A DNA stretch of 53,446 nt from Promethearchaeota archaeon Loki_b32 (GCA_005223125.1 NJBH01000027.1:1-53446), one strand, 5' to 3'. Positions 29,737 through 39,829 are shown, counted from the first letter of the stretch. Numbers and translations: made by a program. The notes: generated by a model not told the origin, from the sequence alone.

Positions 29737-30903
29737 ATGAGTCTAAAACTAAAATCTATTACGTCTCCACCTAGTAGTGAAGAGTTGTCTAATCGTTTAA
29801 AAAATATCAGAAGGTTAATGAAAGAACAGAACTTGGATTATTATATTTCATTTAATCCAGTAAATATCTATTATTTAACCAACTTTGCTTTCTATGTTCA
29901 TGAAAGGCCTTTTATTTTAATAATAGAAAATGAAGGATTACCTAAAATGGTAATTCCAAGATTAGAAAAAGGTCATTTTGAATCTAGAGCCCTATGTGAA
30001 CTTGAATTTGTAGTATATTATGAATTTCCCGCCCAGAAAGGTGAAAATTGGAATGATTATTATCAAGAACAAATCAGAGGAGATGCTACTGTGGGAATAG
30101 AGTCTGAGTTACCGATAGGGATCGCTAATAAGACTCCAGGAAAAAAGATTGTCAGCGATATCATTGATGAAACCAGAATAATTAAAACGGATTATGAAAT
30201 TGGGCGCATTTATCATGCGTGCCGAGTTGTAAATAAGGGTCATAGAGTATTGCTTAAAAAATGTCGACCAAAGGTTCTTGAGTTTGCTTTATACAAAGAA
30301 GTTACTGATTCTATGACTTCTAAGATTGTACAAGATATACCTCATGCTAACTTTAGAGCCACACAGACAACAGGAGCTGTTTGGCCACCATCTATTTCAC
30401 ATGACCCTCACTTAATACCACATATCTTTAAAGAGATGGAAGAAGGAGGTCCTCATGTTTCAATAGTATCTGCTCAGGTAGATGGTTATGGTGTTGAGAT
30501 TGAAAGAACCTTTTTCTTAGGACATGTACCCGAGGAGACTATAAAACCTTTTGAAGTGATGTTTGAGGCAAGAGCTCTAGCATATAGTATGCTCAAACCA
30601 GGTACAATTATGAGTGAAGTGGATAAAAAAGTAAGGAAATTAATTACAGAAAAAGGTTACGGTGATTATATCATACACCGTACTGGACATGGTCTTGGTA
30701 TTACAGGGCATGAAGCGCCATTTCTAGCTGAGGGTTATGATAAACCTTTAGAAAAAAATATGGTAATAAGTGTCGAACCTGGTATATATATTCCAGGAAT
30801 AGGCGGATTTCGTCATTCTGACACTGTTTTGATAACAGAAGAAGGATATCAAAAATTAACTAAAGCCCCAGAGACTCTTGAAGAAGTAACAATTTCACTA
30901 TAA
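29737..30903 (+). CDS. M24-family (Xaa-Pro peptidase/creatinase-like) hydrolase
   Basis: NIYYLT, R.IKT..EI, HRTGHGLG..GHEAP, SVEPGIY, GGFRHSD. Confidence 0.88.
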   Translation: MSLKLKSITSPPSSEELSNRLKNIRRLMKEQNLDYYISFNPVNIYYLTNFAFYVHERPFILIIENEGLPKMVIPRLEKGHFESRALCELEFVVYYEFPAQKGENWNDYYQEQIRGDATVGIESELPIGIANKTPGKKIVSDIIDETRIIKTDYEIGRIYHACRVVNKGHRVLLKKCRPKVLEFALYKEVTDSMTSKIVQDIPHANFRATQTTGAVWPPSISHDPHLIPHIFKEMEEGGPHVSIVSAQVDGYGVEIERTFFLGHVPEETIKPFEVMFEARALAYSMLKPGTIMSEVDKKVRKLITEKGYGDYIIHRTGHGLGITGHEAPFLAEGYDKPLEKNMVISVEPGIYIPGIGGFRHSDTVLITEEGYQKLTKAPETLEEVTISL

Positions 30904-30917
30904 TTGTTCTGAGAAAA

Positions 30918-31421
30918 TTATACATTTTTTACTATTTTATTTAGAGGTTTCCTAGGTTTAGGATCAGGAATATCTCCTTTAATATAACCAAAAGGTAAAA
31001 CTGTAAGAAGGTAATCATTTTCGTCTAATCCTAGTAATTCTTTTACTTTCTCTCTATTCATTGCTCCAATCCAGCATGTTCCGATACCTAGAACCCATGC
31101 CATCAACATCATATTCATTGATACTAGAGAAGTGTCAATCACATGCCACTTAGGACTAATATTTAGTTTACCGACAATAACAATTGCTACAGGTGCTTCT
31201 TTAATAAATTTACCATAATAAGCATTTTTAGAAATTTTCTCTAAAAGCTCTTTATGTTCTATAACAATAAACTCCCATGGTTGCCTATGTGAGGCACTTG
31301 GAGTCCATCTTCCCGCTTCTAAAATCATTTCGATTTCTTTTTCTGATATGGGATCAGCTTGAAATGATCTAATACTTCTTCTCCCCTTAAGAAATTTAAG
31401 AAATAGTTCAGGTTCTATCAT
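30918..31421 (-). CDS. Nitroreductase-family protein
   Basis: RRSIRSF, TPSA...QPWEF, LGIGTCWIG, GY, PRK. Confidence 0.92.
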   Translation of the reverse strand: MIEPELFLKFLKGRRSIRSFQADPISEKEIEMILEAGRWTPSASHRQPWEFIVIEHKELLEKISKNAYYGKFIKEAPVAIVIVGKLNISPKWHVIDTSLVSMNMMLMAWVLGIGTCWIGAMNREKVKELLGLDENDYLLTVLPFGYIKGDIPDPKPRKPLNKIVKNV

Positions 31422-31538
31422 TTTTGAATTTTTTTAATTTTTTAATGATTATTAATCATATAATTATTAAAAATCCTTTTTCAATATCTTATAACCTTTT
31501 CTAAATTAAGAAGCTTTTAATTTTAAGAGTTAATTTAA

Positions 31539-32792
31539 TCATTCTTGATTAAAATAATCAGATTCAAGATTAGGATAAATTTTCTTTTTTCTTCCATCTT
31601 TTTTAAATCTTATAAGTCCTAAATCAATTAATTTATTTAAGTGGTATTGAATTGTTTTATGATCTACCTTAAATTCTTTAGTGATTAAGTTATTCCACAT
31701 CCCCGGTTTTTTCTCAATCATTTGTAAAATCTCTAAAGTTAATTTACTCTTTTGTAACTTTAAATCTACATTAGAGATAGGATTTTTCTGATAATATGGG
31801 AAATATGCTATAAAATATCCTATACGTTTTTTTCCAATAACCTTATAAGTAAGTAACATATCAAGATGCCAAACCAAGTTCCCTGCAGCTAACCCTGTTC
31901 TGCGTAGTAATTCATTAAAATGAATTCCGGGTTCATTTAAGATTAAATCTATTATTTTGTTCCGATTTTGATTCTCTAAAACCTCATCTAAAGATAATCG
32001 GTGGGCTCCTTTCTCAATTGGAATTGTTCTTGTTCTTAAGTATTGGAAATAATCTTTTTTTGAGATTAAAACTACTAAAGCAACAATTCCAATCCCTATT
32101 ACGGAAATTGTTACTATTAGCCAAGTCCAATCCTTTTGGATCACCTCTACTTCAAATAGTGTAATGTAATAATCAGTATCTTGTTGAAGAGATGTAATAG
32201 AACCTTCTATATATTTTTCAGAGGTAGTTTCATTGGCATTCTCTATAGTATCAACTAATTCCCATGATTCTTTGTTAGTTTCAAATATAGCCAATGAATA
32301 TGTAGAATCAGGATTAATGCCATATAATTGAACCTTTCTGTATCTAATGGTTATGTTATCTATTGATGTATTCGATCTTATCCTAAAGATACAATTATAG
32401 CCAAATCGAAATCTTGAATTGCTTCTTTGTGGCTGTTGTGGCGATTGCATTATACCAAAACTCTGTAATTCCGATTTAATTGAGATATTTAGTGAAATTG
32501 GAATACTGTTATTTATTATAAAATAGGTTTGGCGAAACATAATATTGTTTTCGTACTCAATATAAAGATCAATATAAGTATCTGTTGAGATTTCGAATGT
32601 GTTATTATTCATGAAATCATACAAAACTCTTTCTTTTGGTTTAATAGAGTCTTGAGTAGAAAAACCATTAATTTTTTCTTTTCTTGCACTGGCATTAGCA
32701 ATTAATAAATTAGATTCAAGGAAAAATATAAATAGAAATAGTATAACGACATACAAGTACTTTTTCCTTTTTCCTAACTCAAATATCGCCAA
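31539..32792 (-). CDS. Membrane-anchored transcriptional regulator: signal/TM, beta-rich ectodomain, TM, two wHTH domains
   Basis: Two hydrophobic segments; VLEN.NR..I...I...PGIHFNEL..WHL and KPG.....I......TIQYHL.KL...GLI. Confidence 0.85.
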   Translation of the reverse strand: MAIFELGKRKKYLYVVILFLFIFFLESNLLIANASARKEKINGFSTQDSIKPKERVLYDFMNNNTFEISTDTYIDLYIEYENNIMFRQTYFIINNSIPISLNISIKSELQSFGIMQSPQQPQRSNSRFRFGYNCIFRIRSNTSIDNITIRYRKVQLYGINPDSTYSLAIFETNKESWELVDTIENANETTSEKYIEGSITSLQQDTDYYITLFEVEVIQKDWTWLIVTISVIGIGIVALVVLISKKDYFQYLRTRTIPIEKGAHRLSLDEVLENQNRNKIIDLILNEPGIHFNELLRRTGLAAGNLVWHLDMLLTYKVIGKKRIGYFIAYFPYYQKNPISNVDLKLQKSKLTLEILQMIEKKPGMWNNLITKEFKVDHKTIQYHLNKLIDLGLIRFKKDGRKKKIYPNLESDYFNQE

Positions 32793-32859
32793 TTAATTTC
32801 CTTCAATTATATTTAATTAATATATAAAATCTTAAAAAAAAAAATATTTTTGAATATAT

Positions 32860-33537
32860 TTACTTTCGTTTTTTTAGATATATTACTAAAACCACAGCAA
32901 TAACTGCTACTCCAATAACCGCAGCTCCAACACTGATATAAATCCAAAGAGTATTATCCGCTTCAGGTATGAGTATTGTCCAATAAGAGAAGTGGTCAGT
33001 TTCAGCAACTAAATTTCCATCTTCAATGGTAGTTGGAACTGTAACCCATTCTCCTTCATAGTAGTATGCCCATTCTCCATTTCGATTTTCATTGGTTGCC
33101 TTTATTTTAAGCTTAGCATCACAAGTACCATTACATTGTATTTGAAGACAGAATCCTTCTTCATACCGATAACGGTGTCGCTCTTTTATCCTAAAAGTAG
33201 AACCTTTTTGTAAACCAAGTTGAATTTGTTCTTCTCTGCAAGTCATGGTCATTTCTAAGTCTCCATCTGCATCTATTTCAATTTCAAAATCTTTTTCTCC
33301 AATCCTAAAGGAGTCACAATCAAGGTTTAAATCAATATTAACGTTTGAGGTAAAGTTCAATCTAGTTTGGTACTCAAATTGGAACATTGTTCTATTGTTT
33401 GCCTGTACTTGGCTTGTAATCGTATTACCAACAACTGGAATTGAAGCATCCGCGCCTAAAACTGTAGTAACGTTGAATAATGAAATTAAAATTGCGAAAG
33501 TAAAAATTCCGATAAGTATTTTATTAAATTTTTTCAT
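32860..33537 (-). CDS. Secreted single-pass membrane protein with juxtamembrane HFS motif
   Basis: Signal peptide, beta-rich domain ending AETDHFSYWTIL, C-terminal TM + KKRK. Confidence 0.8.
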   Translation of the reverse strand: MKKFNKILIGIFTFAILISLFNVTTVLGADASIPVVGNTITSQVQANNRTMFQFEYQTRLNFTSNVNIDLNLDCDSFRIGEKDFEIEIDADGDLEMTMTCREEQIQLGLQKGSTFRIKERHRYRYEEGFCLQIQCNGTCDAKLKIKATNENRNGEWAYYYEGEWVTVPTTIEDGNLVAETDHFSYWTILIPEADNTLWIYISVGAAVIGVAVIAVVLVIYLKKRK

Positions 33538-33861
33538 TCTTTTTTTAACACCTAAATTGGTCTAAGTTAATTAACGTGTGTCATATAAAAAGTATTGAGG
33601 AATAATCTTTCCCAATTAAATTAAAATTATTTAACACATCTCGTTTAAGATTGTATACTATTATGTAATATGAATCTAAAGCTACTTTAGAGTTCTATTA
33701 CTTTTATTCAAATAAACACCCTTGAAGCTTAAATTTTAATATTAGAATTTTGAAAATATTAATAAGAATTTTCAGATTAAACTATTAATAAGGAATTCAT
33801 CTTAAATTTATTTTAATTTGAATTTTACAAAAATATTTATTATTACGATGGAGAAAAATTT

Positions 33862-36117
33862 ATGTCGTTAAAGGATTTCACTAAAGAAGTCTTTACTCGT
33901 TATGGCTTTACCGAAGATCATATTAATATCTATCTTGTGTTTTTAAGGGTTCCCAGAGCAACCACATCTGAAGTATACATGACTCTAACTGAGAAACATG
34001 AAGATTTGACTTATGAAACTGTATTAGAAATTACTAATTGGCTAGTTGAGAAAGGATTTCTTAAAAGAATTGAAGGAATTATTGAGAGATATATTCCTCT
34101 TCAGCCATTTTTTGAACTATTCACCAATGAATCAGAGAATTTTAGAAATGAAATTGCGAAGATTAAAGATACGATTTTATCTGATCAATCAGATCGTTTT
34201 GAAAAACTCGAAGCGATTCAAGATAAAAGTATTGGTGAAGTAGAAAATGCTGTTGATAAACAAGTCACCGCATTTTTTGAAGATTCTGATTCAAAAAATA
34301 ACACTAAAAAAAATCGCATTGACAGTGCTACTAATCGGTTTACTGAAACTTCCAAAACATTAGAAAGTAATATCCATGGGATAATGGACACATTAAATTC
34401 GAATTTAAAAAATATTTCAGAAACAAATGTTAGTAAAAATGAAGCGGAAGTTACTAAAACAAAAGACGATCTTACATCATTGATTTCGAAATTATTACTT
34501 GATTTTTCAACTAGAGTTGAGACCCTAGAAAAAGAATTGAAGATGGAGCTGGATGAACACGTTGAGAGACATAAAAATACAGCAAATCAACTTAAACCTA
34601 AAATGGAACAAATTTTAGAGAAATATTTAGAACGTATGGATAAAGTTATCGCGGATTTAAAAGTAAAAATCTCGAATTTATTAAAAGAACACTCGAATCA
34701 TGTAAAAAATACTACAGATACTTTACAAACAAACTTAAAAGCGACCGTTGATGAAAGACATAGAATATTAACAGACCAGACTAATGATTTTAAAAGTATG
34801 ACTTTGACCTTAATCGATAATTTACTTGAACATGCAAATAGATTTTCTGATTTTACTGAAGATATAGGAAAAAAAGGATTTTTATGGATGGGTAAAAAGA
34901 AAAAATATAAAGCTAGACATAAAACAACTATTGAAAATATATTGACTTACACTGAACCAATGAAACCAGATTTTATTAAATCATGCGATGATTATATAGC
35001 AGATACACGAGGAACCACCGATCAAATTAAAACTGATACAACAGATATTATGGCAAAAGAAAATGAAGGGCTAGCTGCAGAAACTAATGACCTTGACTAT
35101 AGGGCTCAAGAAACTGTTGATGCACAATTGGAGACCCTAGCTACTGATCTAGTAGGAGAAGTTGATGATACTTTACAAAGTGGTGTAAAAGATTGTTCTG
35201 ATACTAATTTAAAACTTAAAGATTCCTTAGAAAATTCATTGAAAACACATCATAGACAATATGATGATGCAATAAACAATCATAAGGAAAATTCATTAAA
35301 AAATTATACCGATTTTGACATTGAAATTAAGAGAATAAGTGCGGATTGGACCAGAGATATAGATATGAATTTTGCTGATGGTAAAAGAGATTGCTCCGAA
35401 AAAATTGATGGTGAAATTAGATTATGGGATGCTGAAGCTAAAGGTATGAACACTAACTTAAGTGATATGCTTGTGGATCACAAATCCAAATATGAACAAA
35501 ACGCAAAAACACTTCAAAATAGTTTGTCAAATACCACAAGAGATACTATTCAAAATGTTAAGGACGCAATCGCAGATTTCACTCTACAATTCATGAATTC
35601 TATTGATGATTCCACTGAATTAGGCGAAAATAATGAGAGTAAATTAACTGATATTCATAATGCTTCTAGTTCGATTCCAGAAATTGCTAAAGTAACAACT
35701 TGGCCTGTAATCGGAAAAGATGCTATGGTTTCTGCGATAAAAGATGCAATTTATCGTGTAAAATCTTCAATTATTATTGTTACTCCATATGTCGTCCCTG
35801 AAATACTACAAGTCGTCTCTGAATACGCTTTCCAGAAAAAGGCAGTGCGATTCATGCTGACAAGCAGGTGGGAAATGGATAGATATTCAGGAATTATAAC
35901 AAAGATGAAGCAACTTGGAAACATACAGTTCCGCCAATTACAGACAGCCGGCGAGTTCTTCGCAGTTACCCGAGATGCTGAGGAAGTAATTCTTGCTCCT
36001 GCCACAAAAAAAGAAACTGAAATGATCGCGATCGTCTCAAACCAAGAGGGATATGCTAAACTTTATTCTCAATTCATCGGGCCAATTTTTCAAGCAAATA
36101 GCCGGCCGATAAAGTAA
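33862..36117 (+). CDS. TrmB-like protein (N-terminal wHTH, C-terminal effector/PLD-like fold) with ~520-aa helical insert
   Basis: YGFTE..IY..L...AT.SEV..WLVEKGF..Y.PL.P; W.VIGK.A....I...I.R.KSSI.IVTP..RD.EEV.LA; no HKD motif. Confidence 0.72.
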   Translation: MSLKDFTKEVFTRYGFTEDHINIYLVFLRVPRATTSEVYMTLTEKHEDLTYETVLEITNWLVEKGFLKRIEGIIERYIPLQPFFELFTNESENFRNEIAKIKDTILSDQSDRFEKLEAIQDKSIGEVENAVDKQVTAFFEDSDSKNNTKKNRIDSATNRFTETSKTLESNIHGIMDTLNSNLKNISETNVSKNEAEVTKTKDDLTSLISKLLLDFSTRVETLEKELKMELDEHVERHKNTANQLKPKMEQILEKYLERMDKVIADLKVKISNLLKEHSNHVKNTTDTLQTNLKATVDERHRILTDQTNDFKSMTLTLIDNLLEHANRFSDFTEDIGKKGFLWMGKKKKYKARHKTTIENILTYTEPMKPDFIKSCDDYIADTRGTTDQIKTDTTDIMAKENEGLAAETNDLDYRAQETVDAQLETLATDLVGEVDDTLQSGVKDCSDTNLKLKDSLENSLKTHHRQYDDAINNHKENSLKNYTDFDIEIKRISADWTRDIDMNFADGKRDCSEKIDGEIRLWDAEAKGMNTNLSDMLVDHKSKYEQNAKTLQNSLSNTTRDTIQNVKDAIADFTLQFMNSIDDSTELGENNESKLTDIHNASSSIPEIAKVTTWPVIGKDAMVSAIKDAIYRVKSSIIIVTPYVVPEILQVVSEYAFQKKAVRFMLTSRWEMDRYSGIITKMKQLGNIQFRQLQTAGEFFAVTRDAEEVILAPATKKETEMIAIVSNQEGYAKLYSQFIGPIFQANSRPIK

Positions 36118-36194
36118 ATTCTGTTTTTTTCCTCTATTTTTTATTTATTTTGGATTAATAGCTTAACGAAAAATGAAATTATCACAAGTTTAAA

Positions 36195-36290
36195 TTATAA
36201 AAGAAAATCTTTAAGATCTTTACTCATATCTGACTTGATTTTTCTTTCAAGTTCCTCTGATTTTATTCTTGAAGAAATATAGAAATTCAA
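36195..36290 (-). pseudogene. 3' remnant (or 31-aa micro-ORF) paralogous to the end of the 39830-40540 gene
   Basis: 36195-36260 matches 39830-39895 at 55/66 nt, ungapped; SEELERKIKSDMSKDLKDFLL* vs SEKLEKEIKADISKDLKDFLI*. Confidence 0.8.
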
Positions 36291-36309
36291 TTAAATAGAC
36301 AAAAAAAGG

Positions 36310-37161
36310 TTATAACAAGTCCAGAATATTATTAAATTTAAGATTTGTTTGATCCTTTAGATTATTCTTAAGAAATAATTCAAAATAATCAATATTCTTT
36401 AGTAAAGAAGCCAGTTCTAATAGTGCTTTTTTATAAACATAGATATCAGATGTGCTTTTAATAAGATCCTCAAAAAAATAGTTAATTTTAGACACTATAT
36501 TTATTAATTCTAAATCTTTAAACCTGCCACACTTTTCCATTAAATAATCCCATCGATTAAAGACATGATAATAAACAGAGGGATAAAGAAATTTGTAGTA
36601 AAATAGAAGTATTAAATCATTTAACGATATTGTAGAATTTGGAAACTTGAGAAATTTTATAAGTGTAAAAACTTCTTCTATGTTTTGAAATACTTGATCA
36701 AGATAGAAATTTGGAATATTGGATCCGGTCATTTTTGCCTGCCAATCAGCAAAAAATTCTCTAAAAATGAAAATTATAGTCTTTAGAATAATATTTCTTT
36801 TAGATTTGGTTGTAATTACTCTTTTATTTAATACATTAAAAGATTTTTTAGTGGATTCATTAAGTAAAGAATGTCCATATTCATGATGAGCTAAATATTT
36901 AAATATATCCTCAAGAGTTTCATCAGTGATATTAGGCACATTTAGATACTCTTTATTGATTTTAAGTGGATTATAATATACTTCAATTATATTTTGATTA
37001 TATTGGCATAAAAAACAAAAATCTTCTTTTTCGAATGTTGAATTTGTCAGGAAACTACGACTCCCAATTTTTTTTAATTCAAACTTACGGTTATCTTTTC
37101 TCAGTTTTATTTCTTCAATTTCCTTTGAAAATATATTCAAATATTTGGTTAATTGGCTCAT
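36310..37161 (-). CDS. Putative zinc metallopeptidase (HExxH...ExxAD)
   Basis: LAHHEYGHS, with REFFAD about 30 aa downstream. Confidence 0.68.
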   Translation of the reverse strand: MSQLTKYLNIFSKEIEEIKLRKDNRKFELKKIGSRSFLTNSTFEKEDFCFLCQYNQNIIEVYYNPLKINKEYLNVPNITDETLEDIFKYLAHHEYGHSLLNESTKKSFNVLNKRVITTKSKRNIILKTIIFIFREFFADWQAKMTGSNIPNFYLDQVFQNIEEVFTLIKFLKFPNSTISLNDLILLFYYKFLYPSVYYHVFNRWDYLMEKCGRFKDLELINIVSKINYFFEDLIKSTSDIYVYKKALLELASLLKNIDYFELFLKNNLKDQTNLKFNNILDLL

Positions 37162-37418
37162 ATAGTAGATAAAGCTAACCTATTATTAAGTTTTAATTAG
37201 TTTTGAAATATCTATAAACAAATTATAATCATTATTGAAGTAGATAATTATTTCATAACTGAGATGTTCTTAAATGATATCATTGATTCTTTTTATGTCT
37301 TATGAATATTACTTAGTTTGAATAATTACCAACTATATTTTTAATTAAGTGATAAAATTGATTTTAAGAAATTTTTTATAGATTTTTTATTTATAAAAGT
37401 AGAATAGAGGATATATTA

Positions 37419-38195
37419 ATGTTAAGTAGATCAAGAAAAATAACTTTAGGAACCAAAGAATGGGCAGATAGTAATGTTAATTGCTATTTCGGATGCTCCA
37501 ATAATTGTCGTTATTGTTATGCTAAGAAGATGGCTATCCGATTTAAAAGAAAAACAGAAAAAACATGGAAGATTATGGAACCTAATCTTAAAGCAATTAA
37601 AAAAGGATACTTAAAGCGAAAAGGAAGAATAATGTTTCCGACATCTCATGATATAACAATGGAAAGCCTAAGCAGTTGTCTTATAGTTTTAAAGAAAATC
37701 ATCGATGCTGGAAATGAGATTTTAATTACTACTAAACCTAGATTGAGTTGTATCAAATTAATATGCAATGATTTTTATAAAAAAAAGAATTCAATTCAAT
37801 TTCGGTTTACTATTACTTCGAAAAATAATGAATTATTAAAATTTTGGGAACCGTATGCGCCATTATTTAAAGAAAGAATCGAAGCATTGAAATTTGCATA
37901 TCATAAAGGTTATAAAACAAGTGTTTCAATTGAACCATTTCTAGATGAAGACCCCTATACTTTAGTTGATATATTATATCCTTATATAACTGAATCCATA
38001 TGGATTGGAAAAATGAATTATGTTTTCTCCAAAAATAAAACGCCAAAATTAATCAATTTTTATAATTACATAGATAAAATTAACTCTAAAGAAAATTTGT
38101 TAAGAATCTTTGATATGGCTAAAAATTATGATAATTCTATTGTTAGAATCAAAGATAGTATTTACAATTTTTTAAATAAAGTTAATTTAAAATAA
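37419..38195 (+). CDS. Radical SAM protein of the gp37/gp68 (DUF5131)/spore-photoproduct-lyase-like group
   Basis: KEWADSNVN, GCSNNCRYCYA, TSHD, ITTKP, FTITS, WEP.AP...ER, SIEP, WIGKMN. Confidence 0.8.
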   Translation: MLSRSRKITLGTKEWADSNVNCYFGCSNNCRYCYAKKMAIRFKRKTEKTWKIMEPNLKAIKKGYLKRKGRIMFPTSHDITMESLSSCLIVLKKIIDAGNEILITTKPRLSCIKLICNDFYKKKNSIQFRFTITSKNNELLKFWEPYAPLFKERIEALKFAYHKGYKTSVSIEPFLDEDPYTLVDILYPYITESIWIGKMNYVFSKNKTPKLINFYNYIDKINSKENLLRIFDMAKNYDNSIVRIKDSIYNFLNKVNLK

Positions 38196-38305
38196 TTAAA
38201 TTTAAATTTAAAATTCTGTATCAAAAATCATTAAACTTATACTCATTTGAAAAATATAATAGTTATTTTGATCGTAATTTTTAGATAAAACGAATCAGTA
38301 ATTTG

Positions 38306-38324
38306 TGTCGGTTTTTGTCGGTTT
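38306..38324. repeat. TGTCGGTTT x2 direct repeat, 10-bp period, upstream of tcmP-like gene
   Basis: Copies at 38306-38314 and 38316-38324 in an otherwise very AT-rich spacer. Confidence 0.55.
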
Positions 38325-38393
38325 GAATAAAGAACAACTAATAATTACCAAATAATTTAATTTATAAAGGCGTTCCTTATTATTATTAATGAA

Positions 38394-39398
38394 ATGGCTA
38401 ATACTAAGAAGATAACCAATTTTGAATTTCATCTACAAAATATAAAGAAGTTAGATGATGAATGGAGATTTTTAAAAAAAATTCCAACGTTTCCTTTTGG
38501 AGATCCTAGATATTATTACTCGAGAGATGACAACAGTGGATGGTGGATGGCAATCAAACAAACTGCATTCAGAGGATATATTAGTGCATACCTCTCAATT
38601 TTAGGAAAAGAAAAAGATCGGAAGCTCTATTTTATTGATCCATTAAGTAGTTATGGTATGGTAAGGGTTACGAAAAATTATGGGAAAGATAAGTTTACAT
38701 TCCCAGGTACTTCAATTAATGCAGCATTAATATCCAATCAGAAAAAAAAGGGATTTGATGGCTTCTATATTAATGATTTAGACCTATTTACAAGAAATAT
38801 ATTAAGCGAGAGAATATTATCTATTAAAACTCATTATAACAATAAGGCTGAAATTAATATTGACATAAGTAACAATAAGATTGATTCTAATAACTGGCTT
38901 ATTAATATTATGAGATGTATTAACGAAGAAAATAGTTTCTATCATTGTTTAATTATTATTGATAACCAAGCTATGAATATATATTATGATACTATTCAAA
39001 AAATTAGAGAAATCAGTGAATATTGTGATGTTATCATTACTTTCCAAGATGCTAATATTGCTCGTGCAATACCATCAGGATCACCAAAAATTGAAAGGTT
39101 TTTTGGATGTGAAATTCCACCTAACACTAAAAATCTCAGAAATGTGTTGTGTGACAAATATTGTGACCAATTAAGTAAAGTTAATTTGCCTAAAATTGAA
39201 AGAATGAAAGTCGCATCTGAAACGGGATATTTTTATACTTTACTTTTTTGCTGTCGACAGAAAGCAAGTGGGGAATGGTTTAAAATAATTAGGTATTACA
39301 ATGATGAGAGATTTAAGAACTTCACAGATAGAGAGCAAAAACGAATGTGGGATATTAGGAAAGGCAAGCAGCTAAGTCTTACTCATGATTGGAATTAA
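38394..39398 (+). CDS. Three-Cys-motif partner protein (TcmP)-like methyltransferase-fold protein
   Basis: W...K......YI.AY..IL, LYFIDP.S.YG, GTS..A, DSN, IID, YTLLF; adjacent to DUF5131-like radical SAM. Confidence 0.72.
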   Translation: MANTKKITNFEFHLQNIKKLDDEWRFLKKIPTFPFGDPRYYYSRDDNSGWWMAIKQTAFRGYISAYLSILGKEKDRKLYFIDPLSSYGMVRVTKNYGKDKFTFPGTSINAALISNQKKKGFDGFYINDLDLFTRNILSERILSIKTHYNNKAEINIDISNNKIDSNNWLINIMRCINEENSFYHCLIIIDNQAMNIYYDTIQKIREISEYCDVIITFQDANIARAIPSGSPKIERFFGCEIPPNTKNLRNVLCDKYCDQLSKVNLPKIERMKVASETGYFYTLLFCCRQKASGEWFKIIRYYNDERFKNFTDREQKRMWDIRKGKQLSLTHDWN

Positions 39399-39521
39399 AC
39401 TTTAATACCATTTCTTCTTATTATTTCTTTTTTACTAAGCCATAAGATTTTTTGGCAATGTCATTTGAATATCTTTTTTAAAGCCTTAAGATTAATTTAA
39501 AAATCCAATTTGAAGTAATAC

Positions 39522-39785
39522 TTATGTATAAGCATTCCAAGTATCAACAGCTTTAAAATATTTAGAAGCAAGATCTCTTGAACCAATATATTGAACCCAT
39601 TTTATGAAAGCCTCATCTTTCGATCCAATATTAGGAATATAAGCATCATATGTTATTTCAATAAATTTATCTATATTTGTTTTAAACTTATCGAAGTTTG
39701 GGATAATTTGAGGCTTTGATATTTTTATGAATATATGGTAAATTTCCATATATTCTTTTTCGGTAAATTCTACTTTTTTCTTCAT
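39522..39785 (-). CDS. Hypothetical protein
   Basis: 87-aa ORF, ATG with purine-rich leader, downstream of the Cys-repeat gene. Confidence 0.55.
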   Translation of the reverse strand: MKKKVEFTEKEYMEIYHIFIKISKPQIIPNFDKFKTNIDKFIEITYDAYIPNIGSKDEAFIKWVQYIGSRDLASKYFKAVDTWNAYT

Positions 39786-39829
39786 GTCTTTTCTTCCCTA
39801 AATTGTATCCTCAAGATACTATGTTAAAA

